DNA of 64,000 nt from Chitinophaga pinensis (GCA_945903305.1 CAMDOA010000001.1:16892-80891), one strand, 5' to 3'; shown: positions 9,757-20,129, counted from the stretch's first letter. Translations and numbers: made by a program. Notes: generated from the letters alone by a model not told the origin.

Positions 9757-11667
9757 ATGACTAACAAAAAAAAAGAAGTCGTAAAACAAAAATCAAAGTC
9801 GCCTATTCTATCTTCTGGCAGAAGCAGAGTTTATCTGGTGTTGCTTTTCATTTTCACTTTTATAATTTATGGAAACACTTTATGGAATGAATATGCATTA
9901 GACGATGGAATTGTAATTACACAAAACCAATTTGTACAAAAAGGATTTGCCGGCCTTGCAGATATTCTCACTCACGATTCATTTTCCGGTTGGCAAAAAG
10001 AGGCGAACAACGATGTGGCAGGTGGTCGTTATCGTCCGTTATCATTAGCAAGTTTTGCCATAGAACATTCCTTGTTCGGAAATGATCCGGCAGCAAGTCA
10101 TTTCATCAATGTTTTCTTGTATGCATTTCTAGGAATAGTAATTTTTATTTTACTGAAACGATTGCTGATTGATAAGCCAACAAAATATTCTTATCTATTT
10201 CATTTACCCTTTCTCACTGCGTTACTTTTTATTGCTCATCCGATACATACTGAAGCAGTGGCAAACATTAAAGGCCGCGACGAAATTTTTTCATTGTTGT
10301 TTTCAATCCTTGCTTCCATGTACTTTTTGAAATTTATTGATGATGGAAAAAAAATAAAACACATTATATATGGGTCACTGTTTTTTTTTCTTGGACTATT
10401 ATCAAAAGAAAACGCAATTACCTTTCTAATTATAATTCCATTAATGATTTGGTTTTTCAGAAGTGAAATTTTTAAACAATCATTTGTTCAGGTTCTTTTT
10501 TCTCTAACTGTTTCCGTGGGAGTGTTTCTGTTTCTCCGCCAAACATTTTCAAATACTGAAATAAATAAAGAAGTAACCGACCTGATGAATAATCCATTTT
10601 TTGGAATGAATGATTCACAGAAATATGCAACCATCATTTATACTTTCGGAAAATATTTATGGCTATTGATTTTTCCATTGCATTTAACAAGTGATTATTA
10701 TCCATACCAGATTTCCATTCATGAATTCAGCAGCATCGGAACAATTATCAGTTTAATAGTTTGTGTTTTATTAATTGCAATTGCTTTCATTCAGCTTTCT
10801 AAAAAAACAATTTTCTCTTTCTCCATCATTTATTTTGCTGTCACTTTATCTGTTGTTTCCAATCTTGTTTTCCCGGTTGGAACCTTTATGTCAGAGCGAT
10901 TTTTATTTATGCCTTCGCTGGCATTTTGTTTATTGCTTTCATATCTCATTACTTTAATTCCATTTTATAAATTCAATTTGTTTCCGTTTTCAAAATCAGA
11001 AATTTCCAATAAAATTATTGATGCAGGTTTTTTCAGAATAAGAAATATTCAAATTATTCTGGTAATAATTATCGGTGCGTATTCAATCAAAACAATAGGA
11101 AGAAATCGTGAATGGAAGAACAATTTCACTTTGTTTTCAGCTGATATAAAAAATTCGCCGAACAGTGCCATGGCTCATCACGCCATCGCATCAGAACTTC
11201 GCAAATCAGGTGAAGCAAGTTTCGATAATAAAACAAAAACCAGTTATTTTAATCAATCAATTGCTGCTGAAAAAAAATCGTTGGCCATTCATCCCGGTTT
11301 TGCTCAGGCTTATTATAATACCGGAGTGGTTTACTTACTCATGGATAAGGTTAATGAAGCTGAAAATGCCTTGCGAATGGCGCTAAATATAAACCCCTAT
11401 TACGCTGATGCGATGAATAATTTGGGTTATTGTTTCATTCAAAAAAACAAATTAGACTCTGCACTTTTATTGTGCAAGGCTGCATCGGAAATTGATACCA
11501 CTTATTTTCGGCCATACGGAAATCTGGGCGCCATTTATCTTAAAAAATTGGATATTGAAATGGCTCATTATTATTTTAGAAAAGCACAGGATTTAGAACC
11601 GAATGATAAATTTATTAATAACGCATTAGCTGATATTAATTTAATCTTGCAAAATGGAAACAAGTAG
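9757..11667 (+). CDS. polytopic membrane protein with C-terminal TPR repeats (TMTC/PMT-like, putative GT-C glycosyltransferase)
   Basis: 636 aa. The N-terminal two thirds carry about 10 hydrophobic segments and the conserved stretch YALDDGIVITQN...GGRYRPLSL. The C-terminus has TPR-like repeats (AYYNTGVVYLLMDKVNEAENALRMALNINPYYADAMNNLGYCF). Confidence 0.7.
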   Translation: MTNKKKEVVKQKSKSPILSSGRSRVYLVLLFIFTFIIYGNTLWNEYALDDGIVITQNQFVQKGFAGLADILTHDSFSGWQKEANNDVAGGRYRPLSLASFAIEHSLFGNDPAASHFINVFLYAFLGIVIFILLKRLLIDKPTKYSYLFHLPFLTALLFIAHPIHTEAVANIKGRDEIFSLLFSILASMYFLKFIDDGKKIKHIIYGSLFFFLGLLSKENAITFLIIIPLMIWFFRSEIFKQSFVQVLFSLTVSVGVFLFLRQTFSNTEINKEVTDLMNNPFFGMNDSQKYATIIYTFGKYLWLLIFPLHLTSDYYPYQISIHEFSSIGTIISLIVCVLLIAIAFIQLSKKTIFSFSIIYFAVTLSVVSNLVFPVGTFMSERFLFMPSLAFCLLLSYLITLIPFYKFNLFPFSKSEISNKIIDAGFFRIRNIQIILVIIIGAYSIKTIGRNREWKNNFTLFSADIKNSPNSAMAHHAIASELRKSGEASFDNKTKTSYFNQSIAAEKKSLAIHPGFAQAYYNTGVVYLLMDKVNEAENALRMALNINPYYADAMNNLGYCFIQKNKLDSALLLCKAASEIDTTYFRPYGNLGAIYLKKLDIEMAHYYFRKAQDLEPNDKFINNALADINLILQNGNK

Positions 11668-11793
11668 AAGTGCCGCTAATAAATTAAAGCCTGTTTGATT
11701 TCTGTTCTGAAATTTTATTGCTAATAAAAAATAAATTTCACAATTTCTATTCATGAAAATTTTCAATAAAAATAAACGGTGCTTGCTCTCCTT

Positions 11794-12426
11794 TTATTGA
11801 ACACACCAGCACAACAAATATCCTTCTTCCAGATAATTATATTGAAGTGTAACAGTGCAGTTCATATCCGGCTTTCTGATTTCAGCATGTACAGTTCCTT
11901 CGGTTGTTAATTCGGGCAATTGCACAAACAAATCATGCTGAAACGAAACCTCTCCTTTCGCATATAATTTAAACAACACTTCTTTCGCGCACCATAGAAA
12001 TAAATTTTCTTCATTACTTAATACTCTTCCTTGTTTTTCGGTTTCCGAAATAAATTTATGCGCGATAAAAGAGACATCGCGGTATTCGGGCTCAATATCC
12101 ACTCCTGCTTTTTTGTTTTCGCTTATGATAATGGCACACACATCATCGGTGTGCGAAATAGAGATTTCTTTTTTGTGACTGAGCAATTCCGGTTTTCCGT
12201 GCTGTTTGTAATTGCTGTCAATAAATAAATCCGTTATCAATAACACACGAATCAAGTGACGCGAAGCCAACCACTGCAATCGTTTGTTCGGCGCCTTTAT
12301 GTTTTGCAGAAATATTTTTTCTTCTTCATTCAGTTGCAAACGCGACTCAAAAAATGAAGCATCTTCATCAATTTTCCAAACTGCAATTTCATAATCGGAA
12401 TTCTGTTTTTGGAAAATCAAAGGCAT
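11794..12426 (-). CDS. 4'-phosphopantetheinyl transferase, Sfp type
   Basis: 210 aa. Motifs are GKPEL...ISISHTDD, GVDIE and WCAKEVLFK (the W-x-x-KE-x-x-K motif). Confidence 0.8.
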   Translation of the reverse strand: MPLIFQKQNSDYEIAVWKIDEDASFFESRLQLNEEEKIFLQNIKAPNKRLQWLASRHLIRVLLITDLFIDSNYKQHGKPELLSHKKEISISHTDDVCAIIISENKKAGVDIEPEYRDVSFIAHKFISETEKQGRVLSNEENLFLWCAKEVLFKLYAKGEVSFQHDLFVQLPELTTEGTVHAEIRKPDMNCTVTLQYNYLEEGYLLCWCVQ

Positions 12427-12500
12427 TGTAAATGTTTAATTGTGCATTATGAATTGCAACTTCAAATAACTAATCAACAATTCAACTAATAACTTCTCTC

Positions 12501-13457
12501 CTAATGAACCGCAACTCCACCTGGCACATGCTTTAACATATCTTTAGTCATTGCATCCAAATCGAAATTGTGTTTCCATCCCCAATCTTTTCTGGCTACT
12601 GAGTCATCAATACTTTCGGGCCAGCTCTCAGCAATTTTCTGTCGAAAATCAGGTGCATAAGAAATTTCAAATTCAGGAATTACTTTAATAATACTCTCTG
12701 CAACTTCCCTTGGATTAAAACTCATGGAAGAAATATTATACGAGCTGCGCACTTTTATTTTTTCATTCGGTGCTTCCATTAATTCAATGGTGCCACGAAT
12801 CGCATCGGGCATGTACATCATTGGCAACCGGGTTTCTGATGCCAGAAAACTGGTGTATTTTCCATTCTTCTTTGCTTCGAAATAAATATCAATTGCATAA
12901 TCAGTGGTACCACCACCACCCGGAGTTTTGTAACTGATTAATCCGGGATAACGAACACTACGCACATCCAAATTTTTTTTCTGCCAGTAGTAATCGCACC
13001 ACCGTTCACCGGCTTGCTTGCTGATTCCGTAAATCGTGTTCGGTTCCATCACTGTCCACTGCGGCGTGTTTTTCATTGGTGTCGTGGGTCCAAAAACCGC
13101 AATGGTGCTTGGCCAGAATAATTTTTTAATTCCAACTTCAGATGCAACATCCAATACATTGCGAAGACCTTTCATGTTCACTCTCCACGCCAACTCTGGA
13201 TTTTTTTCTCCGGTTGCAGAAAGAATTGCAGCAAGGTGATACACCTGCTTCACATTATTTTTCTGAATCAACTCAGCTAATTGATTTCTGTTCAGCACAT
13301 CGAGCCGCTCAAATTGTCCGCTCTCCTTTAATTCGCCTTCCGGGTCCTTTAAATCTGTAGCAATAACATTTTTATATATCTGCCGAAGTGCGAGTGTGAG
13401 CTCAGAACCTATTTGTCCGCATGCACCTATTACGAGTACCGTGTCGCTTGAATTCAT
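12501..13457 (-). CDS. NAD-dependent epimerase/dehydratase family SDR, probably GalE-like L-threonine 3-dehydrogenase
   Basis: It has a Rossmann motif (VLVIGACGQIGSEL) and the catalytic YGISK. The ORF track extends it to 13511. ATG 13457 (MNSSDTVLVIGA) fits the family N-terminus and has a TACATTTG box upstream. Confidence 0.65.
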   Translation of the reverse strand: MNSSDTVLVIGACGQIGSELTLALRQIYKNVIATDLKDPEGELKESGQFERLDVLNRNQLAELIQKNNVKQVYHLAAILSATGEKNPELAWRVNMKGLRNVLDVASEVGIKKLFWPSTIAVFGPTTPMKNTPQWTVMEPNTIYGISKQAGERWCDYYWQKKNLDVRSVRYPGLISYKTPGGGGTTDYAIDIYFEAKKNGKYTSFLASETRLPMMYMPDAIRGTIELMEAPNEKIKVRSSYNISSMSFNPREVAESIIKVIPEFEISYAPDFRQKIAESWPESIDDSVARKDWGWKHNFDLDAMTKDMLKHVPGGVAVH

Positions 13458-13478
13458 TTTAGTTTTGGGTTGGTGAAA

Positions 13479-13486
13479 CAAATGTA
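13479..13486 (-). promoter_or_regulatory. -7 box (TACATTTG) for the SDR gene
   Basis: Exact TAnnTTTG on the minus strand, 21 nt upstream of ATG 13457. Confidence 0.4.
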
Positions 13487-13546
13487 AATGAGATTTTCTT
13501 TTGAAAGACAATTGTGAAGTCAGAGTACAAAAAACATCTTCAAATA

Positions 13547-13570
13547 TTCAAATCTCCAAATTTTCAAATC
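13547..13570 (+). repeat. third copy of the CAAAT-N3 periodic element (24-nt exact match to 28244-28267)
   Basis: TTCAAATCTCCAAATTTTCAAATC is identical to the right arm of the 28128-28266 inverted repeat. It lies 37 nt upstream of the yfhO ATG. Confidence 0.85.
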
Positions 13571-13607
13571 ATTCTTATTTTGCACGCGGAGTTTTTATTC
13601 CATCCAA

Positions 13608-16346
13608 ATGAAAAATCAAAATCCATCATCCACATCTGCAAAAGCAGAAACAACAAATTCAAAAATTACCTGGCTTCCAATAGTTACTGCAATGGTAGTT
13701 TTTGCAGTAATAACATTTCTTTATTTCAGTCCCATGCTGATTGATGGAAAAACAATTCAACAGGGCGATATTTTACAAGGTAAGGGTGCGAGTAAAGAGC
13801 TGGCCGATTTCAGAAAAGCAAATGGCAGCGAAGCATTGTGGACCAACAGCATGTTTGGTGGAATGCCGGCATTTCAGATTTCAACCGTGTACAATGGAAA
13901 CTTAGGGCGATACATAGAAAAAGTTTTAACTCTCGGATTTCCGCATCCATCGCAATTAATTTTTATTGCATTTGTTGGTTTCTTTTTATTAATGCTCGCA
14001 TTGGATATTTCTCCATGGTTAAGTATTGCAGGTGCCATTGCCTTTGGACTTTCATCTTATAACCTTGGATTAATTGAAGCAGGACACAACAGTAAGATAG
14101 GAGCTATTGGCTACATGCCCATGGTGATTGCAGGAGTGCTGATGGTTTTCAGAAAAAGAAAATATTTAATTGGCGGAACCATTGCGGCATTAGCCGTTTC
14201 ACTGGAAGTGAAAGCCAATCACATGCAGATTGCCTACTATTTATTTTTCATTTTAATTGCGCTCGGCCTCACTGAATTCATTTACACAGTATTAAAAAAA
14301 GAATGGAAACATTTTCTGACAGCATGTGGGGTTTTATTAATTGCCGCAATACTCGGTGTTGCTTCAAACTTATCGTTACTATGGACAACGCAGGAATATG
14401 CGGCAGAAACTATTCGTGGAAAATCAGAATTAGCCAGCAACACACAATCAGCCGGCGGTTTAGATAAAGATTATGCATTGCAATGGAGTTATGGAAAAAT
14501 GGAATCGTTCACCATGCTTATTCCCGGATTTATGGGTGGTTCATCAAGTGTAAAATTGGCAGAAAACTCAGCCACAGGAAAAGCATTGCAAGCACAGGGA
14601 GCCAGTGGTGAAGAGCTTAAAAATTATTTAAAACAAATGCCAATGTATTGGGGCGACAAACCGTTTACGAGCAGCACAGTTTACTTAGGCGCCATTGTTA
14701 TGTTCTTATTTGTACTGGGCATGTTGCTACTTAACGACAGAATAAAATGGTGGTTATTCGGCATAAGTGTAACCGCCACTTTTCTGGCGTGGGGTCACAA
14801 CTTTGAATGGTTTTCCGATTTATTCTTTTACTATGTTCCTGCCTATAATAAATTCCGTGTGGTGGAAATGATACTCATCATTCCACAGGTTTGCGTTCCC
14901 ATTCTTGCGTTTGTAACACTCGACACCATTATCCGACGAAAAATGGAAACTGAACTCGCGATAAAAAAATTATTGATGGCAGTATATATCACAGGGGGCT
15001 TGTGCCTCACTTTTGTTTTGCTTGGTTCAATGTTCTTTGATTTCAAGGCCGCTGGCGATTCGCGCTACCCTGAGTGGTTGGCAAAATCATTAATTGAAGA
15101 CCGTGCTTCGTTTTTACAAATGGATGCGCTTCGCTCGCTTGTTTTCATATTGTTAGCAGCAGCAACTGTTTGGATGTATTTGAAAAATAAGTTAAGCCAC
15201 ACTTTAACTGTAGCTGCATTTTCGCTTTTGATGTTCATTGATTTGTTTCCCGTAGGAAAAAGATATTTAAACAACGACAATTTTGTTTCGAAGAGTGATT
15301 ACGATAATTATTACCAACTCTCGCAAGCCGACCAGCAGATATTACAAGACCAATCGCTCGACTATAGGGTACTTAACACAGCTTCCAATACTTTTAACGA
15401 TTCGCGCACTTCGTATTTTCATAAATCGGTTGGCGGTTATCATGCAGCTAAGTTGCGGCGCTATCAGGAGTTAATTGAAAACCACATCAGCAAACAAAAC
15501 ACGGCAGTGATTGACATGCTGAACACACGCTACTATATTTTTTCTGGCGGAAAAGACAAACCAGAGCAAGCACAATTTAATCCGCAGGCAATGGGCAATT
15601 GTTGGTTTGTTGATTCAGTAATGATGGTGGCCAATGCCGATGAAGAACTCAACCGCATTGGTAAAATGTATGAAGTAGAAACTTTGGATGGAAGCAGTTT
15701 TACATTGAATGGAAATGAAACAAGAAAGGCAATGGTCGGCAATCACGACAATGTTTTAATCGGCGAAGCGAAATTCGATGCCAATAATTTTGGATTAAGC
15801 ACAGGTATATCAGATACTTTCGGAATCAGTTCAAGAATAAATAAAGAAACCAACGAGCAAGAAAAGCATGTGGTGAAAAGCGATGCTGCTTCGGGCAAAA
15901 AATTTATTGCCCGCTTAGTTTATAATTTCAATCCTCGCCGATATGCGGTGGTTGATAAAAGATTTGAAAACCAACTTAAAGGGTTCGCTTCAACCGGTAT
16001 TGATAGTTCACGAAACATTAAGTTGCTATCGTACCAACCCAATCATTTGAATTACGAATGTTCATCCAGCAAGGAGAGCATCATTGTTTTCTCCGAAATT
16101 TATTACAGTCACGGATGGAATGCATATGTGGATGGAAAACCCACAGATTTTTTCCGTTGCAATTATGTTTTGCGTGGAATGAAACTACCTGCTGGCAATC
16201 ATAAAATAGAATTCAAATTTGAACCCGATAGTTATTACACCGGCGAAAAAATTGCGATGGCAAGCAGCGCTTTAATTCTCCTGATATTTTTTGGTGTGAT
16301 TGGAATGGAAATAGTGAAGTGGCGAAAAGAGCGTTCAGGCAACTGA
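13608..16346 (+). CDS. YfhO family membrane protein (GT-C type glycosyltransferase candidate)
   Basis: 912 aa and polytopic. The N-terminal conserved block is GDILQGKGASKELADFRKANGSEALWTNSMFGGMPAFQIS. A large C-terminal extracytoplasmic domain and a final TM helix follow. The architecture is typical of Bacteroidetes YfhO proteins. Confidence 0.75.
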   Translation: MKNQNPSSTSAKAETTNSKITWLPIVTAMVVFAVITFLYFSPMLIDGKTIQQGDILQGKGASKELADFRKANGSEALWTNSMFGGMPAFQISTVYNGNLGRYIEKVLTLGFPHPSQLIFIAFVGFFLLMLALDISPWLSIAGAIAFGLSSYNLGLIEAGHNSKIGAIGYMPMVIAGVLMVFRKRKYLIGGTIAALAVSLEVKANHMQIAYYLFFILIALGLTEFIYTVLKKEWKHFLTACGVLLIAAILGVASNLSLLWTTQEYAAETIRGKSELASNTQSAGGLDKDYALQWSYGKMESFTMLIPGFMGGSSSVKLAENSATGKALQAQGASGEELKNYLKQMPMYWGDKPFTSSTVYLGAIVMFLFVLGMLLLNDRIKWWLFGISVTATFLAWGHNFEWFSDLFFYYVPAYNKFRVVEMILIIPQVCVPILAFVTLDTIIRRKMETELAIKKLLMAVYITGGLCLTFVLLGSMFFDFKAAGDSRYPEWLAKSLIEDRASFLQMDALRSLVFILLAAATVWMYLKNKLSHTLTVAAFSLLMFIDLFPVGKRYLNNDNFVSKSDYDNYYQLSQADQQILQDQSLDYRVLNTASNTFNDSRTSYFHKSVGGYHAAKLRRYQELIENHISKQNTAVIDMLNTRYYIFSGGKDKPEQAQFNPQAMGNCWFVDSVMMVANADEELNRIGKMYEVETLDGSSFTLNGNETRKAMVGNHDNVLIGEAKFDANNFGLSTGISDTFGISSRINKETNEQEKHVVKSDAASGKKFIARLVYNFNPRRYAVVDKRFENQLKGFASTGIDSSRNIKLLSYQPNHLNYECSSSKESIIVFSEIYYSHGWNAYVDGKPTDFFRCNYVLRGMKLPAGNHKIEFKFEPDSYYTGEKIAMASSALILLIFFGVIGMEIVKWRKERSGN

Positions 16347-16349
16347 TTC

Positions 16350-17666
16350 ATGAATACTGACCGTAAAAAAGTTCTCATTATTACTTACTACTGGTTTCCT
16401 GCCGGTGGCAGCGGTGTTCAGCGGTTCATGAAGTTCGTAAAATACCTGAGAGCCTTTGGATGGGAGCCCATTATTTATACCGCAAAAGATGCCGAGTATC
16501 CGGTGCTTGATCAGTCGATGGAAAAAGATATTCCTGAAAACCTAGAAGTTATCAGAACAAAAATCCGTGAGCCGTATTCGTTCTATAAATTTTTTGTTGG
16601 GCAAAAGCAGAGTGAGAAAATGAATCCTGCTTTCTTCACCGAGAAAAAGAAAAACTCATTCGCCGAAAATATTTCAGTGTGGATTCGTGGAAACTTTTTT
16701 ATTCCGGATGCACGGATGTTCTGGATAAAACCATCAGTCAACTATTTAGAAAAGTATTTGAAAGAAAATAAAGTGGAGGCAATTATTTCTACGGGGCCAC
16801 CACATTCGGTTCATCGCATTGCACTGCAGTTGCATCGCAAATTAAATATTCCTTGGTTGGCAGATTTCCGTGACCCGTGGACAAGCATTGATTTTTATCA
16901 TGAATTAAAATTAACCAGGCGAGCCGATGCAAAACATCATCACATGGAAGCAGAAGTTTTAAAAGAAGCCGATGCAGTAACCGTAATTGGATACACAATG
17001 GGCGAGGAGATGAAAAAATTGGTGAACAGAAATTACGATGTAATCACCAATGGATTTGACAACGAAGATTCAATGCCAACAGGCTCAGTGCAATTCGATA
17101 AAAAATTTTCTATCGCACACATCGGCACCATGGTTCGTGCGCGCAATGCCCCTGAGTTGTGGAGTGCGCTGAAAGATTTGCTAATTGAAATTCCGGAACT
17201 GAAAAATGATTTGGAAATAAAACTCGTTGGCAAAGTGGATTTGAATGTAAAAAATTCGTTGGACGAATATGGTTTAACACCTTACACCAATTTCGTGAGT
17301 TACCTGCAACACAATGAGGTAATAAAAATACAAGCCTCATCGCAAGTTTTATTGTTGATGGTGAACCGAACTCCAACTGCTAAAGGAATTATTACCGGAA
17401 AAGTTTTTGAATACCTGGCAAGCGGTCGTCCCATTGTTTGCATTGGTCCTTATGATGGCGATGCAGCGCGTGTGTTAAAAGAAGCGCATACCGGGTTCAT
17501 GGTTGGCTTTGATGAAACTGGAAAAATGAAAACGGTTATCAGAGATTTATATGCGCAATACAAAACCGGAACATTGAAAGCTTCAATGGGAAATATTGAA
17601 TTGTTCTCGAGAAAAAATTTAACCGGTCAATTAGCAAATATTCTTGACCGGATTATTAAAAAATAA
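16350..17666 (+). CDS. glycosyltransferase, GT-B fold (GT4-like)
   Basis: 438 aa. The N-terminus is KVLIITYYWFPAGGSGVQRF and the C-terminal sugar-donor-like motif is GKVFEYLASGRPIV. It starts 3 nt after the yfhO stop. Confidence 0.7.
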   Translation: MNTDRKKVLIITYYWFPAGGSGVQRFMKFVKYLRAFGWEPIIYTAKDAEYPVLDQSMEKDIPENLEVIRTKIREPYSFYKFFVGQKQSEKMNPAFFTEKKKNSFAENISVWIRGNFFIPDARMFWIKPSVNYLEKYLKENKVEAIISTGPPHSVHRIALQLHRKLNIPWLADFRDPWTSIDFYHELKLTRRADAKHHHMEAEVLKEADAVTVIGYTMGEEMKKLVNRNYDVITNGFDNEDSMPTGSVQFDKKFSIAHIGTMVRARNAPELWSALKDLLIEIPELKNDLEIKLVGKVDLNVKNSLDEYGLTPYTNFVSYLQHNEVIKIQASSQVLLLMVNRTPTAKGIITGKVFEYLASGRPIVCIGPYDGDAARVLKEAHTGFMVGFDETGKMKTVIRDLYAQYKTGTLKASMGNIELFSRKNLTGQLANILDRIIKK

Positions 17667-17699
17667 AAATGGCCGACTTGTTTCAAGTCGGCCATTTTT
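17665..17699. terminator. bidirectional rho-independent terminator between convergent genes
   Basis: GGCCGACTT(G) pairs with (C)AAGTCGGCC, flanked by an A-run and a T-run (AAAAATGGCCGACTTGTTTCAAGTCGGCCATTTTT). Confidence 0.75.
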
Positions 17700-17717
17700 C
17701 AATTAATTATTTAAAAA

Positions 17718-20129
17718 TTATTTTATCAAAAGCCGGCATTTTAAATACTCATTGCCATTTTTTACTCTCACTTCATACACCCCCGAATTAAATTTATTAT
17801 TCAGAGAAATAGTTTCATGAACACTCCCTGATTCAGTTCTTATTGGTTGGTGATAAACAATTTGCCCGATATTATTTATGATATCCAATTCAGTTATTAA
17901 AATATTTTCTTTCAAATTCACATGAACGCTGAAGTTTCCATCTGACGGATTTGGAAATAAATTAATGGTTGGCTGAATTTTATATGCTGCATTTTCTTTT
18001 CGCGCACCTAGCGTAGTAAATGTTCCTATCGACGACGATTTTGAGAAATTGCTTCCAGCAATACAAACTGTGCGAGCCGCATATTCATAAGTAGTTTCTG
18101 GTAATAAATTATATAGGTTCATGTTTTCTGTCGCTGTTCCTTTAACTGTCCATATTGAATCGCCAATTGCCCTATATCTGAATCTGTATGAAGAAGGATT
18201 ACATGCACCTGTCCACTGAACAGAAGCATAAGTTTCGCCTATTGCATAGGGAGATAATTGTAATGGAATTTCGCACTTTTTACTGGTGAATTCATAAACG
18301 CTTGCACCGGCAGTCATATCATTCCAAGTATAATTTAATATTTCAAGTTTATAGTTTTTACCGGGAATTAAATTATCAAATTCATATAACGATTGATTTG
18401 GTGCAGCTAATTTTTGTTCGGTTGAATTATCTGAAAGATTTGTTAATCTGAGTTTTTGATATAAAGCATCAGGCATTGGCATCCAACTGAATTTTGCTTC
18501 GCAAGAGTTGATAAATAATGCCAGGAGGTTTGTTGGTTTTAATAAATCAGGAAATTCAATATCGATATTTTTAATTACCTGACAAGCGCCGGATGTTACT
18601 GTTAAATAATAAATTCCTGAACCCACATGATTTATAAAGTCATTGGCGACTCCGGTTGACCATAAATAACTATAAGCATCTTGCCCACCTGAAACATTGC
18701 CAATTAAATTTAAATACTGATTTACCGTATCAATTTTTATTTCTGAAACTAAAGGAATAGCGCTTTTAATAGAAACAAATCCGGAAGAAGAACAGCCATT
18801 TGAATCCATCACAGTAACTGTGAAATCAGTAAGTAAATCGGGTGATGCCGTTAAAATATTTGAAACCTCACTTGAAAGATAAGCAGCAGGTTGCCATAAA
18901 TATTGCGATCCGCCGGTAACAGAAATGGCAGCACAGGAATTTTCTCCATGTTTAAATTCTATTAAGTCATAAATAAATTCATTTGACTGATTGAAAATTG
19001 TATCCATTTCCGGTGAATTAAGTTCAGGAACATGAGGTCCATTATAGAAAGTGTGGAGTGTGGAGTTTAAGCCACTTTGAACCGCGGCAAGGTTTACTGA
19101 ATAACCACCATAGGTTAAAACCTGTCCGCCAACCAAACCGCTATAATAAGGAATCACTCCATCATTTGTTCCATGAAAAGAATAAAGAGGTTCAGTTTCA
19201 TTATCGAAAATGGTGGTCGTATCATAAACACCTCCGGAAATGCTAACTACAGCTTTAACTGTTGAAGAGTATCCAAGATTTCCACTTTGATCATCCAGAT
19301 TACCAAGTGCTGAATAATTTATAAATGCAGGAATTTCGTTCTGGTTTAAATAGGCAACCCCAATTGAAGTTAGCGCTCCGGCAGAAATGCCCATCATAAA
19401 AATTTGCGAGGTATCAACTCCATTATTTAACCCGGTTTTCTTAATAAAACGAACACACGATTTAGCATCTTGAATGGCCCTGTAATAAGCTTTGCCCGCA
19501 TTTGCGGCATTTGGCAAAGCCATACCAATTCGGTAATTCGCATTGTAAACTACAAATCCTCTCGAAGCATAATAATTACTGAGTGCCACTACTAAACTAT
19601 CATCCTTATTGCCAAATAAAAATCCACCGCCATGTAAAACCACTATTGCCGGACGCTTATAATTTACTAATTCATCAGGCATATAAATATCCAATTTCAA
19701 ATCAACCAATTGACCATTATATAGGTAGTTCTGACCATAAACAAGATCTGTTTCAATTTTAACATTTTGATATACTGCATCTTTATACAAACCACTAACA
19801 TAGTTACATGCGCTGGGTTGAATATGGCTTAAGTTTATTACCGGATTTGAATTTACCACTACATTAACTGTTGTTTGTGATGAAGTGCCATTTGAATTTA
19901 ATCCGGTTACAGTATATAGGGTAGTTGAATTTGCCGTTACTGAAACTGAGTTACCAGTAGTAGCATTCAACCCTGTTGAAGGGCTCCACAAATAACTATC
20001 GGCACCAGATGCAGAAAGAACTAAGGTGTTTCCATAACAAATTGTAACTGATGATGGGTTTACGGTTACCTGAGCAATTGAGTAATTTGTGGTAACGAAA
20101 AAAAGTACTAAAATAAATGCGTTTTTCAT
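17718..20129 (-). CDS. secreted alpha/beta-hydrolase (esterase/lipase-like) with Ig/FN3-like domains and a T9SS C-terminal sorting domain
   Basis: 803 aa with a signal peptide (MKNAFILVLFFVTTNYSIAQ). It has an HGGG oxyanion motif (VVLHGGGFLFG), the nucleophile elbow GISAG, and a C-terminus LFPNPSDGNFSVHV...GVYEVRVKNGNEYLKCRLLIK typical of type A CTDs. Confidence 0.75.
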   Translation of the reverse strand: MKNAFILVLFFVTTNYSIAQVTVNPSSVTICYGNTLVLSASGADSYLWSPSTGLNATTGNSVSVTANSTTLYTVTGLNSNGTSSQTTVNVVVNSNPVINLSHIQPSACNYVSGLYKDAVYQNVKIETDLVYGQNYLYNGQLVDLKLDIYMPDELVNYKRPAIVVLHGGGFLFGNKDDSLVVALSNYYASRGFVVYNANYRIGMALPNAANAGKAYYRAIQDAKSCVRFIKKTGLNNGVDTSQIFMMGISAGALTSIGVAYLNQNEIPAFINYSALGNLDDQSGNLGYSSTVKAVVSISGGVYDTTTIFDNETEPLYSFHGTNDGVIPYYSGLVGGQVLTYGGYSVNLAAVQSGLNSTLHTFYNGPHVPELNSPEMDTIFNQSNEFIYDLIEFKHGENSCAAISVTGGSQYLWQPAAYLSSEVSNILTASPDLLTDFTVTVMDSNGCSSSGFVSIKSAIPLVSEIKIDTVNQYLNLIGNVSGGQDAYSYLWSTGVANDFINHVGSGIYYLTVTSGACQVIKNIDIEFPDLLKPTNLLALFINSCEAKFSWMPMPDALYQKLRLTNLSDNSTEQKLAAPNQSLYEFDNLIPGKNYKLEILNYTWNDMTAGASVYEFTSKKCEIPLQLSPYAIGETYASVQWTGACNPSSYRFRYRAIGDSIWTVKGTATENMNLYNLLPETTYEYAARTVCIAGSNFSKSSSIGTFTTLGARKENAAYKIQPTINLFPNPSDGNFSVHVNLKENILITELDIINNIGQIVYHQPIRTESGSVHETISLNNKFNSGVYEVRVKNGNEYLKCRLLIK

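Noticed and set aside
10381-10389. T9 homopolymer inside the TMTC-like gene, plus other 8-9-nt A/T runs (for example about 12973-12980, 26573-26580, 48365-48373 and 56556-56563), considered as potential slipped-strand phase-variation sites.
   Set aside because: Such runs are expected in AT-rich DNA. All the affected reading frames are intact, and the coding runs correspond to Phe or Lys codon strings.
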